Of a DNA stretch of 64,000 nt, positions 9,276 to 19,079 are shown in pieces. Source of the stretch: Chromatiaceae bacterium (GTDB lineage: Bacteria > Pseudomonadota > Gammaproteobacteria > Chromatiales > Chromatiaceae); assembly GCA_016714645.1 (NCBI GenBank), contig JADKCI010000001.1, positions 35,581 to 99,580 of the forward strand, written 5' to 3'. Position 1 is the stretch's first letter, and each line of letters starts with the position of its first letter. The translations under genes were made by a program, and so were the position numbers. The notes under the pieces were generated by a model. The model was not told where the DNA came from and ran no database searches. It saw only the letters and a list, made by a program, of their open reading frames with translations.

Positions 9276-9740
9276 TTTGGCGTTCAGCTTGTGGGACGAC
9301 GGATGCTGGCTCGCGGCCTTGTCCGCGGCGCCCGCCGCATGCCTATAGTGTATCGCGATGATCCAGCGGGCCAGCAGCTTCCCGGTCGGTTGGCTCCGAT
9401 GTAACTCCAGCAACAGTGCTTCTGCGGCCGGCGGCCCATAACACCAACATCGCCGCCAGTGGAAGCAACAAGGGCGCAAGCACCGGCTCGGCTTGGACGA
9501 GGTGGTGATGGGGTGGGTGGGGCGTCGACGCGGTCCCGAGGCAGCGTTTTTTGCTCGGGCTTATGGTGAAATCGGCAGTGATCGGGTCTTGATGTCAGCA
9601 CATGCAACGAAAAAGCCGTACTGCAAGTACCCGCGAATCAGGGATCTCCGCAGAATTCGGAGAAAATCAGTGCTCGCCGCCAATCGCTGTAACCCTGCAG
9701 CCTCCCCGGACGGTGGGCGGGAATCGGGGCTGCCCGGCGA

Positions 9741-9968
9741 CTATAAGCCGATCATTTCCGCATGGAGTCCGCGCCCTCGGAACGAGTCAACGATCGTACT
9801 CGGTTTGATGGCCGTCGCATCGAAGTCCACGACCATGAGGTGGCGCGTCCGTTCGTGTACGCAGGCGCTCAAAATCCCGTCGATGCCTGCAAGTTCGCGC
9901 TCCAAATAGTGGATGTTGTGGTCGTCCAGATCTTCATCGATATGGATCACGATGTCGCCGTTATACAT
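9741..9968 (-). CDS. hypothetical small acidic protein (75 aa)
   Basis: The ORF MYNGDIVIHIDEDLDDHNIHYLERELAGIDGILSACVHERTRHLMVVDFDATAIKPSTIVDSFRGRGLHAEMIGL has an alternating pattern compatible with a beta-alpha-beta-beta-alpha-beta (HMA-like) fold. It lacks a CxxC motif, and I recognise no family. Confidence 0.45.
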   Translation of the reverse strand: MYNGDIVIHIDEDLDDHNIHYLERELAGIDGILSACVHERTRHLMVVDFDATAIKPSTIVDSFRGRGLHAEMIGL

Positions 9969-10140
9969 GGTTGTCTGCTCCTCTGGCTGTGATGGACTGA
10001 ACTAGCGTAGCGGACGGCCGACTGCGTTATCTCTGCCCAAGGCACCAGGATGCTCCATTTTCCGGGGCCGCTATTTATGTTGACGACAGATGCTTGCATT
10101 ACATTGTCCAGCAACGACCAACCGCTCACTTTCTATATAG

Positions 10141-10520
10141 TCCAAGGTATAGGAACTTCAAGGGATAGGAACTTCAACCGCACGACGGTCGGATGGGTGG
10201 GTGGGTGGGTGGGTGGGTGGGTGGGTGGGTGGGTGGGTAGCTTTACCAACGACGGGAGGCGCAGGCAAGCGGCTCGAGACCAGCCACCCGGTGGACCGGC
10301 CGGGAGGAAACAGCTGTCCCCGCGTTCGAGGGGCGGGGAGTGGCGTGCGGCGGGCATGGGACCGCGGGTCGCGGGCGCGGGTGCGCACGGGGGGTGGATC
10401 CCCGGGATGAACCGGGTGACGGGGGTTACCACGGTACGCGCTGGTCACGGACGTACTCGGGTGGCGGTTCCGCCAGGGCGTCCCCGTCGGGTACGGCAGC
10501 GAACGGCGCAATAGACGACC
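10141..10520 (-). mobile_element. IS91-family-like element, 3' terminal relic (copy B)
   Basis: The minus strand at about 10425-10515 encodes only the last residues, ...AVPDGDALAEPPPEYVRDQRVPW*. These are collinear with the C-termini of copies A and C. The tail ends with the box GATAGGAACTTCAACCGCAC (10164-10183), which is shared with copy C. Confidence 0.5.
10195..10238. repeat. (GGGT)11 microsatellite, G-quadruplex-capable
   Basis: Eleven perfect GGGT units counted directly. It lies inside the tail of IS91-like relic B. Confidence 0.95.
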
Positions 10521-10717
10521 TGCTCAAGCTTCCGGAACGCCTGCCCGTCACGCTCCGCGGCCAACAGGAAGGTCTCCGCCAAGGTCCGCTCCGCCGCCAT
10601 AAACGACCCTCCCCTCGTGCAGGGCCCAGAACAGGGCGCTGCCGGGCTTGATGAATAAGTCGCGGCCCGAGGCGTCAATCCACCCCCCCGAACGCCAGGT
10701 TGCGCTAAAATGCCCCC

Positions 10718-11548
10718 ATGTTGACTTATCCTGATATCGACCCCGTCGCCCTGGCCCTAGGCCCCCTCAAGATCCACTGGTACGGCCTCATGTACCTGAT
10801 CGGCTTTGGCGCCTTTTGGGCCCTGGGCCGGTACCGAGCCCGGCGGCCGAATTCGGGCTGGACCGCGCCGATGGTGGACGACCTGCTCTTTTATGGCGTG
10901 ATCGGCGTCATCGTCGGTGGCCGCCTGGGCTACATGCTCTTTTATGGCTTCGACCAGATCCTCGCCAATCCCCTCAATCTGTTGAAGGTCTGGCAGGGCG
11001 GCATGTCCTTTCATGGCGGTCTCATCGGCGTCCTGATCGCCATGACGCTCTTCGGCAACCGGCGCCGACTCGGCTTCTTTCAGGTCACGGACTTCATCGC
11101 CCCCCTGGTGCCCCTGGGCCTGCTGGCCGGGCGCATCGGCAACTTCATCAATGGCGAACTCTGGGGCAGAGCCACGGAGGCCGCCTGGGGTCTGCGCCTG
11201 CCCTGCTCCCGCTTTCCGGAGCAGTGCCGCGACCTGCCCCTCGGGACCGAATGGAGTCTGGCCCTGCACCCCTCCCAACTCTACGAGGCGGCCCTGGAGG
11301 GTCTGGTACTCTTCCTCATCCTATGGATCTATTCCAGCCGCCCCCGTCCGACCATGGCCGTGTCGGGCCTTTTTCTCCTCGGCTACGGCCTTTTCCGGGG
11401 CTTGGTGGAGCTGGTGCGGGTGCCGGACAACCACATTGGCTATCTGGCCTTCGACTGGCTCACCATGGGCCAGCTCCTGAGTCTGCCCATGATCCTGGCG
11501 GGTATCCTCCTGCTCGTCCTGGCCTATCGGCGCCAGGCTCTGGCTTGA
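10718..11548 (+). CDS. lgt: prolipoprotein diacylglyceryl transferase
   Basis: 276 aa. [30 protein letters not shown]...[10 protein letters not shown]...MSFHGGLIG...[14 protein letters not shown] are Lgt signatures. Confidence 0.92.
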   Translation: MLTYPDIDPVALALGPLKIHWYGLMYLIGFGAFWALGRYRARRPNSGWTAPMVDDLLFYGVIGVIVGGRLGYMLFYGFDQILANPLNLLKVWQGGMSFHGGLIGVLIAMTLFGNRRRLGFFQVTDFIAPLVPLGLLAGRIGNFINGELWGRATEAAWGLRLPCSRFPEQCRDLPLGTEWSLALHPSQLYEAALEGLVLFLILWIYSSRPRPTMAVSGLFLLGYGLFRGLVELVRVPDNHIGYLAFDWLTMGQLLSLPMILAGILLLVLAYRRQALA

Positions 11549-11681
11549 CTCGCCCTGGCACCGCCTATTGGTCTCTGTCGTGAACGGGGGAGGTAGCGAG
11601 AAAGCTCCAACCTCTTGACGCCGGAGACCGCTCGTCGTTTACTTTAAATATTGTGATGAACTGACTGAGTCGAGAAGCGGC

Positions 11682-12254
11682 ATGACCCATAATCCCTTGT
11701 TTAGCCTACCATCCTCCGCAAGAGGATTCGCCCGGGCGGGCGCCCTGGTCGGCGCGGCCCTATGCCTGACGACCTGGCTGGCGGGCTGTTCCACAACCAA
11801 GGATACCGAGCCGGCCAAGTTGACGACCGCCGACGAGGTAGTGGTGGACAAGTCGGATCGCCGCTTGAAGTTGATGAAAGGCGGACAGGTGATGAAGGAA
11901 TACCGCGTCGCCTTGGGCAAGGACCCGGTGGGCCCCAAATTCCGCGAGGGTGACCAGCGCACACCGGAAGGGGAGTATGTCCTCGACTGGCGCAACCATA
12001 GAAGCAACTACTACAAGGCCCTGCACGTCTCCTACCCGAACTTCGATGATCGTCTGCGCGCCGAGGAGGCCGGTTACAAGCCGGGGGGCATGATCATGAT
12101 CCACGGCAAGCCCAACTACATTCACTCCTCGACGGTGCTCGCCGAATATGACCGTCTCGACTGGACCAATGGCTGCATCGCCGTCAATAACAAGGAGATG
12201 GACGAGATCTGGCATGCCGTCCGGGACGGTACCAGGATCCGCATCGTCCCCTAG
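11682..12254 (+). CDS. L,D-transpeptidase (YkuD-domain) lipoprotein
   Basis: Lipobox LAGCS. The catalytic region is MIMIHGKPN...WTNGCIAV (the His...Cys YkuD motif). Confidence 0.85.
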   Translation: MTHNPLFSLPSSARGFARAGALVGAALCLTTWLAGCSTTKDTEPAKLTTADEVVVDKSDRRLKLMKGGQVMKEYRVALGKDPVGPKFREGDQRTPEGEYVLDWRNHRSNYYKALHVSYPNFDDRLRAEEAGYKPGGMIMIHGKPNYIHSSTVLAEYDRLDWTNGCIAVNNKEMDEIWHAVRDGTRIRIVP

Positions 12255-12286
12255 GACCCCTGGCCGGGGCCACCCGGCCGACCCCC

Positions 12287-13621
12287 TTACAAGGCCAGAT
12301 CGATGCCGCTGACCAGGATACCCGGTAGCAGGGCGCTCGCCGAGGAGCGGCCCTCGTAGGTCTCGGGGGAGACCAGGAGTTCCCGCTCGCGTGTCAGGCC
12401 CGCGAGGCGATCACCCAGCAGATGATAGAGGGAGTCGTCGAAACGCATCGCCGGGACGGGGGCGACGGCTTCGCCGTTTTCCACCCAGAAGGTCGCAAAG
12501 CGGGTCATGCCCGTGATGCGGCAGTCGTTGCGATCGGCGTAGTTGAGGTACCAGAGGTTACCGATCGCCAACCCGGTGTCCAGGCGACGGGATATTTCGG
12601 CGGTGGGGATATCGCCTGGGTCCAGGGCCAGGGACTCCGGGCCCTCCCCGGCGGCATTGACGGCCTGGCCATATTCCTTGGCGCTGCGGCTGTCCACCAG
12701 GCAATCCTGGTAGCGACCGCCGGCGATGAGGGTGACGGCCTCGGGCTTGACGAAACCTTCACCGGTGAAGCGCGGGGCCAGCCCCCGGGCATGTTCCTCG
12801 CGCAGGGTGACGCGGGGGTCCAGGTGGCGTTCGCCCCGGGCCAGGCGGAGCAGCGGCGTCTGGGCGGTCTTGTGGTCCTTGATGCCAAAACCACCCCAGG
12901 CCAGGAGGTCTAACAGCTCCGCCACCGCCGCCGGGGCCAGATAGGCGCGATAGCGACCCGGCGGGATGGCGCGGGCCGGGCGGGCCAGGATCTCCAGGTC
13001 GCGGCGCACCCCCGCCAGTTTGGCGGCCAGGGCCTGGGGGTCCCAGACGACACCGCTCAGATTGGCCTTGACCGCCTTATCGCCCTCCAGGTAACAGCTA
13101 AAGTCCAGATTGAAGCTGCGGCTGGCGTGCCAATGACGGTGGCCCAGGGAACTGGTAAAGCCCGCGCTCAGCTCCCCGCTGGCCCAGATGCCGACCAGGT
13201 CCAGCCCCTCCGCGGCAGAGTGCAGATCGGCGATGGCCCCGGCGGCCCCATCCCCATCCCCAGCGGCGCCGCCCCCGTTCAGGACCTGGTGGCTCGTGGA
13301 GGGCTCGATCGCGTAATTGAGATAGGGATCTTCGGGAACATGGGGCAGGCGTTCCCGCAGGCGCTCCATCAGGCCCCGGGCCCGGGCCAGGTCCTCCTCC
13401 GGATCGCCGCTCAGATCGCAGCTTGCCTGGGCCTGGCGCCGACCCTCGATCAGATCCAGGCTCAAACGCCAGGCGCGCAGGCCGCCGGCCTGACGCACCC
13501 GGTTGCCGTTGAGGCGCACGAAGTCGGAATCCTCGCCGTCCAGGTTGCACAGCAAGACCTCGTCGCCCCGCAAGGATTGAGTCAGGCGGTGGGTGAGCTC
13601 GAAAAAGGCCGTGTCCCTCAT
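12287..13621 (-). CDS. TldE/PmbA-like protein, second (non-canonical) paralogue
   Basis: A 444-aa TldD/PmbA-fold ORF lacking an HExxxH motif. It is ATGA-coupled (13618-13621) to the upstream TldD-like gene. Confidence 0.8.
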   Translation of the reverse strand: MRDTAFFELTHRLTQSLRGDEVLLCNLDGEDSDFVRLNGNRVRQAGGLRAWRLSLDLIEGRRQAQASCDLSGDPEEDLARARGLMERLRERLPHVPEDPYLNYAIEPSTSHQVLNGGGAAGDGDGAAGAIADLHSAAEGLDLVGIWASGELSAGFTSSLGHRHWHASRSFNLDFSCYLEGDKAVKANLSGVVWDPQALAAKLAGVRRDLEILARPARAIPPGRYRAYLAPAAVAELLDLLAWGGFGIKDHKTAQTPLLRLARGERHLDPRVTLREEHARGLAPRFTGEGFVKPEAVTLIAGGRYQDCLVDSRSAKEYGQAVNAAGEGPESLALDPGDIPTAEISRRLDTGLAIGNLWYLNYADRNDCRITGMTRFATFWVENGEAVAPVPAMRFDDSLYHLLGDRLAGLTRERELLVSPETYEGRSSASALLPGILVSGIDLAL

Positions 13622-15060
13622 TCCCCGCCTCCGAAGACCGCGACATCCCGAAAGAGGGCGGGCGGCGAGGCGTGGCCTACCTGGACCGCCTGGTTGGGCT
13701 CGCCCTTGCCGCAGGTATAGACGCCCCGGACCTCCCGGCTGGCGGCAGCACCGACGCCGGCCAGGGAGCGCCAGAAGCTGGCGGAGATACCGCGATAACC
13801 CGGATTCCGCACCAGGCCGCCGAGCTCCCCGTCCTCGATCAGACGCCCCAACTCGCAGCCAAACTGGAACTTGTTGCGGCTGTCGTCGATGGACCAGGAG
13901 CGGTTGGTATCCATGAGGACGCCCCTTTCGACCTTGCCAATGAGGCTGGCCAGACTGTCCTGGCCGGGCTCCAGGTTGAGATTGGCCATGCGATCGATGG
14001 GAGGCCGGTCCCAGGCGCTGGCGCGGGCGTTGGCGACGCCGGGCAGGCCGGAGCGGGCCTGGGACAGGCGGCTACCCAGCGGCCGTTCCAGGATACCGGC
14101 GCGGATTAGAACCTGGCGCTCCGCCAGGGTGCCCTCGTCATCGGCGACGGCGCTGGCGAGTTCGCCGGGAACGCTGGGATCGAAGGTGATATTGAGCAGC
14201 GCCGAGCCGTAGCGGTAGGACCCGAACATGTCCAGGGTGACAAAACTGGTGCCGGCGTAATTGCGCTCGTCGCCCAGGATGCGGTCCAACTCCAGGGGGT
14301 GGCCGATGCTCTCGTGGATCTGCAGGACCATCTGGTTCGGCATCAGGATGAGGTCGCGGACGCCTAGGGGGCACTCCGGGGCCGCCAGCAGGGCGATGGC
14401 CTCCTCGGCGACCCGCTGGGCACCCGCGCGGAAACCTACCCGGGCCAGGCGTTCGAGTCCGCCCTGACCGCCCCAGTCGGCACCACCGCCGTGACGGCTC
14501 TGGGTCTGGCTCCCCGCGTTGGCCACCGCCACCAGGCCGGAGGAGACTTGGTCGAAGACCTGGCGAATCTCGCCGCCGGCGCTGGTAACCAGCAACTGCT
14601 GGACCCGCCGCCGGCCGAGCCAGGCGGTGCTATCGACGATGCGAGGGTCGATCTCCAGGGCCGCGCAGGCCTCCCGCAACAGATCGAGCTTGTCCGCCAG
14701 GCTCATGGACTCCCAGGGCTCGGCAACGGGGCTGGCGTACTCCGCCCGCAGGCTGGAACGGGGGTAGAGCCCGCCATCAAAGAGCCCCAGTCGGGCGTGC
14801 AGCTCCGCCGAGCCGGCCGCCCGTTCCCAGGCGGCGGCCAGGCCGGCGGCGCTGAGATCGGAGGTGGCGCCATAGCCGATACCAGCCCCCCGCGCCAGGG
14901 TCAGGAAGACGCCGAGGCTGGAGCCCAGGACGCTGGGCTCGGTGACCCCCTGGCGCACCGCCAGTTCGTCCGTTTCCTCGCTCACCAGCCGCGCGGACCA
15001 GTAGTCCGCGGCCGGAGCGGAGCGGCGGCAACGGTCGGCGAGGACGATCAGGTGCTCCAT
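13618..15060 (-). CDS. TldD-like metalloprotease, second (non-canonical) paralogue
   Basis: 480 aa. It carries the TldD-type metal motif HESIGHPLELD, and the C-terminal GG...CGKG pattern is conserved. Confidence 0.8.
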   Translation of the reverse strand: MEHLIVLADRCRRSAPAADYWSARLVSEETDELAVRQGVTEPSVLGSSLGVFLTLARGAGIGYGATSDLSAAGLAAAWERAAGSAELHARLGLFDGGLYPRSSLRAEYASPVAEPWESMSLADKLDLLREACAALEIDPRIVDSTAWLGRRRVQQLLVTSAGGEIRQVFDQVSSGLVAVANAGSQTQSRHGGGADWGGQGGLERLARVGFRAGAQRVAEEAIALLAAPECPLGVRDLILMPNQMVLQIHESIGHPLELDRILGDERNYAGTSFVTLDMFGSYRYGSALLNITFDPSVPGELASAVADDEGTLAERQVLIRAGILERPLGSRLSQARSGLPGVANARASAWDRPPIDRMANLNLEPGQDSLASLIGKVERGVLMDTNRSWSIDDSRNKFQFGCELGRLIEDGELGGLVRNPGYRGISASFWRSLAGVGAAASREVRGVYTCGKGEPNQAVQVGHASPPALFRDVAVFGGGE

Positions 15061-15064
15061 GCCC

Positions 15065-16432
15065 CTAGTCCCCCGCCAGGGTCATCTCGCGGATCAGCCA
15101 GGAACCGGTGCGGGTGCTGCCGGGAAAGTCGCAGTCGTTACCCACCGCCACCAGGCCCAGGAACATCTCCTTGAGGTTGCCTGCGATGGTGATCTCCTCC
15201 ACCGGGAACTGGATCTCGCCGCCCTCGACCCAGAAGCCGGCGGCCCCCCGGGAATAGTCGCCGGTGACGGGATTGGTGCCATGGCCCAGGAGTTCCGTGA
15301 CAAAGAGACCGGTACCCATCTCTCGCAGCAGGCCAGCGCGATCCAGGGGGCCGGGCTCGATGTGGAGATTGTGGACGCCCCCGGCATTGGCGGTGGTGGC
15401 CAGGCCCAGGCGCCGGGCCGAGTAGGCGTCGAGCAGATAGGTGCGCAGGATGCCTTCGCTGACCAGATCCTTGGCGCGGGTCGCGACCCCATCGCCATCG
15501 AAGGGGGCGCTGCCGAGGCCCCGGCGCAGGTGGGGCAGCTCGTGGATGCGCACGAAGTCCGGGAAGATGCGGGTGTCGATACGATCGAGGAGGAAGCTGG
15601 ACCGGCGGTAGAGGCTGGAGCCGCTGATGGCCCCGGTGAGGGACCTCAGCAGGCCAGCGGCGGTCAGGGGGCTGAAGAGGACCGGCACCTTGCGGGTGGC
15701 AATCTGGCGCGCCCCAAGGCGGGCCAGGGTGCGCTCGCCGGCCCGGCGACCGACCGCCTGGGGCGATTCCAGATCGGCGGCGGCGCGGGCCGTGGTCCAC
15801 CAGTAGTCCCGCTGCATGCTCTCCCCCTCCTGGGCCACCACGGCACAGCTTAGGCCGTGGCGGGTGCTGGGATAGCCGGCGACGAAGCCATGGCTGTTGC
15901 CATAGACATGGAGACCGGCCTGGGTGGAGACGCTGGCGCCCTCGGAGTTGACGATGCGGGGGTCGCAGCCGCGGGCAGCGTCCTCGCAGGCGACGGCGAG
16001 CTGGATGGCCACGTCCGGTTCCAGCTGCCAGGGGTGATAGAGGTCCAGCTCCGGCAGGTCGCGGGCCATGAGGTCGGCGGCGGCGAGGCCGGCGTAGGCA
16101 TCCTCCTGAGTCCGGCTGGCGATGGCGCAGGCCGCGCTGACAGCATCACGCACGGCCTCGGGGCTGAGGTCGGAGGTACTGGAGGAGCCCTTGCGCTGGC
16201 CGAAATAGACGGTTATGCCGAGACCGTTGTCACGGGTATGCTCCACCGTCTCCACCTCGCCCAGGCGGACGCTGATCTCCAGGCCGGCCTCGGAACTGGC
16301 GGCGGCCTCGGCGGCGCTGGCGCCCTGGCGGGTGGCCTCCGCCAGCAGGTCGCGCACGATGCGCTCCAGCCGGTCGAGGCGGTCGGCGGTGTCGTTGGGG
16401 TCGGTCTGGGTCATGTCGGGAATTTCCATCAT
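15065..16432 (-). CDS. pmbA: metalloprotease PmbA (TldE)
   Basis: 455-aa ORF (the start could be the MTQTD Met at 16414). It is PmbA-like throughout (GLEISVRLGEVETVEHTRDNGLGITVYFGQRKGSSSTSDLS) and lies directly downstream of tldD. Confidence 0.85.
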   Translation of the reverse strand: MMEIPDMTQTDPNDTADRLDRLERIVRDLLAEATRQGASAAEAAASSEAGLEISVRLGEVETVEHTRDNGLGITVYFGQRKGSSSTSDLSPEAVRDAVSAACAIASRTQEDAYAGLAAADLMARDLPELDLYHPWQLEPDVAIQLAVACEDAARGCDPRIVNSEGASVSTQAGLHVYGNSHGFVAGYPSTRHGLSCAVVAQEGESMQRDYWWTTARAAADLESPQAVGRRAGERTLARLGARQIATRKVPVLFSPLTAAGLLRSLTGAISGSSLYRRSSFLLDRIDTRIFPDFVRIHELPHLRRGLGSAPFDGDGVATRAKDLVSEGILRTYLLDAYSARRLGLATTANAGGVHNLHIEPGPLDRAGLLREMGTGLFVTELLGHGTNPVTGDYSRGAAGFWVEGGEIQFPVEEITIAGNLKEMFLGLVAVGNDCDFPGSTRTGSWLIREMTLAGD

Positions 16433-16433
16433 A

Positions 16434-17876
16434 TCAACCGTTAGTTCCGCCCACGGTCAGGCCATCGACGCGCAGGGTGGGCTGGCCAACGCCCACGGGG
16501 ACGGACTGGCCCTCCTTGCCGCAGGTGCCGACGCCCTGGTCCAGGGCCAGGTCGTTGCCGATCATGCTGACGCGGGTGAGGACGTCCGGGCCGTTACCGA
16601 TGAGGGTGGCGCCCTTGACGGGGCGGCCGACGCGACCCTTTTCGATCAGATAGGCCTCGCTGGCGGAGAAGACGAACTTGCCGGAGGTGATATCGACCTG
16701 GCCGCCACCGAAGTTGACGGCGTAGAGGCCCTTGTCCACCGAGGCGATGATCTCCGCCGGGTCGCGATCCCCCGCCAGCATGTAGGTGTTGGTCATGCGC
16801 GGCATGGGCAGGTGGGCGTAGGACTCGCGGCGGCCGTTGCCCGTGCTGGCGACGCCCATGAGGCGGGCGTTGAGCCGGTCATGGAGATAGCCGCGCAGGA
16901 TGCCGTCCTCGATCAGGACCGTGTTCTGGGTCGGGGTGCCCTCGTCGTCGAGGTTGAGGGAGCCGCGCCGGCCAGCCAGGGTGCCGTCATCGACCACGGT
17001 GACGCCTGGGGCGGCAACGCGCTCGCCGATGCGGCCGGCGAAGGCGGAGGTGCCCTTGCGGTTGAAGTCACCCTCCAGGCCATGCCCAATGGCCTCGTGG
17101 AGAAGGACCCCGGGCCAGCCCGGGCCCAGGACCACGGTCATGTTGCCGGCGGGGGCGGCATCGGCGTCCAGATTGATCAGGGCCTGGTGGACGGCCTCCC
17201 GGGCATAGCCCAGGGCCCGGTCCTCGGCCAGGAAGTAGCCCAGATCAGCCCGGGCGCCACCGCCGCTGGCCCCTTGCTCGCGGCGATCGCCGTCCTCGAC
17301 GATGACGCTGACGTTGAGCCGCACCAGGGGCCGGACGTCGGCGCTCAGGCGGCCATCGTCGCTGGCGATCAGGACCAGGTCGCGCACCGCCACCAGGCTG
17401 GCGATAACCTGGCGCACCCGGGGGTCCAGGCGCCGCGCCTCTTCATCGACCCGGTGCAGCAAGGCCACCTTGTCCTCGTCCGAGAGGCTGCCGAGGGGAT
17501 CGATGGGCTCGTAGAGGCGCCGGCCTGCCCCCATGCCCTCCAGCTTGACCCGCCCCTCGCCGCCGCTACGGGCGATGGCGCGCGCCGCCTTGGCGGCTTG
17601 CAGCAGGGTCTCGAACTGGACCTCGTCGGCATAGGCGAAGCCGGTCTTCTCGCCGCTCTGGGCGCGCAGACCGGCGCCCCGCTCGATATTGAAGTTGCCA
17701 TCCTTGATGATGCCGTCCTCCAGCATCCAGGATTGCAGCCGGCTGTACTGGAAATAGATGTCGGCGGCGTCGATGGCGGTGGTCTTGAGCTGGCCGAGGA
17801 GCTGCTCGATGTGTCCCGTATCGAGGCCCGCCGGACTCAGGATCTGGTCGCGGGCAATGGCGATGGCGTCGGTCAT
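16434..17876 (-). CDS. tldD: metalloprotease TldD
   Basis: 480 aa. [34 protein letters not shown] and [20 protein letters not shown] are canonical TldD sequences. Confidence 0.9.
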   Translation of the reverse strand: MTDAIAIARDQILSPAGLDTGHIEQLLGQLKTTAIDAADIYFQYSRLQSWMLEDGIIKDGNFNIERGAGLRAQSGEKTGFAYADEVQFETLLQAAKAARAIARSGGEGRVKLEGMGAGRRLYEPIDPLGSLSDEDKVALLHRVDEEARRLDPRVRQVIASLVAVRDLVLIASDDGRLSADVRPLVRLNVSVIVEDGDRREQGASGGGARADLGYFLAEDRALGYAREAVHQALINLDADAAPAGNMTVVLGPGWPGVLLHEAIGHGLEGDFNRKGTSAFAGRIGERVAAPGVTVVDDGTLAGRRGSLNLDDEGTPTQNTVLIEDGILRGYLHDRLNARLMGVASTGNGRRESYAHLPMPRMTNTYMLAGDRDPAEIIASVDKGLYAVNFGGGQVDITSGKFVFSASEAYLIEKGRVGRPVKGATLIGNGPDVLTRVSMIGNDLALDQGVGTCGKEGQSVPVGVGQPTLRVDGLTVGGTNG

Positions 17877-17984
17877 AGGTTTAGTGTGAGGACCTGGGCA
17901 AGGCCGCCCGGGGGCGGCTGATCGTGAAGGGGGCCGGGTGTCGTCCGAGACCGGACTTGGAGGGAGGGGCGGCGAAATTCAAGC

Positions 17985-18818
17985 CTAGACGCGGCAGGTC
18001 AGGCGGCGATGCTGGATGGCGGGGAAGTTGCGCCGCACCGAGCCCAGAAATTCCACGTCAAGGGGGCAGCAGACATGGCCGGAACCCCGTGGCACCTGGG
18101 CCAGGACATTTCCCCAGGGGTCCACCACCATGCTGTGGCCGTGGGTCTCGCGCCCATTCCGGTGATAGCCGCCCTGGGCCGCCGCGACCACATGGCAGAG
18201 ATTCTCGATGGCCCGCGCCCGCACCAGCACCTCCCAATGGGCCTTGCCGGTGATGGCGGTGAAGCAGGCCGGCAGGGCCATGATCTCCATGCCCGCGTCG
18301 AGCATCTCCCGGTACAGCTCGGGAAACCGCAGGTCGTAGCAGACCGACAGCCCGAGCCGGCCGAAGGGCGTATCCAGGACCACCGGGGTGTTGCCGGGCT
18401 CGATGGTGGCGGATTCCTCGTAGTGCTCCCCCGTTTCCGGCAGCTTGACGTCGAAGAGGTGGATCTTATCGTAACGGGCCACCCGCTCGCCCCGGTCGTT
18501 AAACACCAGGCAAGCGGCGCGCACCCGGTCCGGCTGGGTAGCGGTCAGCGGCAGGGTTCCGCCGACGAGCCAGATGCGGTACCGGACCGCCATCTCGGCG
18601 AGAAAATCCTGCAGGGGCCCCCGGCCCTCGGTCTCGCACAAATCCAGCAGGTCACGATCCTGTTCCCCCATGAAGGCAAAGTTCTCCGGCAGGACCACCA
18701 GGTTGGCACCGGACTCATCCACGGCCTCCTGAATCAGACGCCGCGCCTCCAGGAGATTGGCGCTCACATGCGGACTGCTGGCCATCTGAATGGCCGCTAC
18801 TCGGGGTTTTCTCGACAT
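17985..18818 (-). CDS. carbon-nitrogen hydrolase (nitrilase-superfamily) protein
   Basis: 277 aa. The Glu-Lys-Cys triad contexts are present (VVLPENF, YDKIHLF, LGLSVCYDLRFPE). It holds the same position between yhdP and tldD as in other gammaproteobacteria. Confidence 0.85.
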   Translation of the reverse strand: MSRKPRVAAIQMASSPHVSANLLEARRLIQEAVDESGANLVVLPENFAFMGEQDRDLLDLCETEGRGPLQDFLAEMAVRYRIWLVGGTLPLTATQPDRVRAACLVFNDRGERVARYDKIHLFDVKLPETGEHYEESATIEPGNTPVVLDTPFGRLGLSVCYDLRFPELYREMLDAGMEIMALPACFTAITGKAHWEVLVRARAIENLCHVVAAAQGGYHRNGRETHGHSMVVDPWGNVLAQVPRGSGHVCCPLDVEFLGSVRRNFPAIQHRRLTCRV

Positions 18819-19079
18819 GGCAGGCGGTAGGTCTCCAACTCAAGCGGTCGGGCCGCGTTCGGGTTCAGGAAAGATACCATCTTGGGGGCCCGACACCAAA
18901 AGGCTGGCGGGGCCCGTCGGCCCTGACCTGCGTCGGCGATGGGACTCGCACCCTTGGCCAAGAGTCCCGGAAAAGGCCAGCACCTCTGCCCACTGCCGAC
19001 GGATCCAAGCGACCCGTAGGAGCCCGGCCCCCCCGGGCGCCCCCAGCCGGGCCGGAGTCATGGATTGCTGAGTCGCCCC

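Noticed and set aside
10148-10183. GTATAGGAACTTC and GATAGGAACTTC direct repeats look strikingly like the arms of the yeast FLP FRT site.
   Set aside because: The 8-bp spacer and the inverted-arm geometry of FRT are absent. The same box recurs with a C-to-G change at the end of another IS91-like relic (37942-37961), so it is best explained as an element end. I keep it only as a hint that a recombinase or transposase binds there.
10050-10514. A 154-aa ORF with (WVGG)n repeats, and the poly-Val / DNDNDHDHD ORFs at 46190-46796.
   Set aside because: These are translations of the (GGGT)11 and hexanucleotide microsatellites, not genes.
10520-10600. Minus-strand stub MAAERTLAETFLLAAERDGQAFRKLEQVV, resembling the N-terminus of a HEPN-domain protein.
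   Set aside because: Only about 30 codons remain before the IS91-like relic. This is too short to support a call, so I mention it only as the probable disrupted target.
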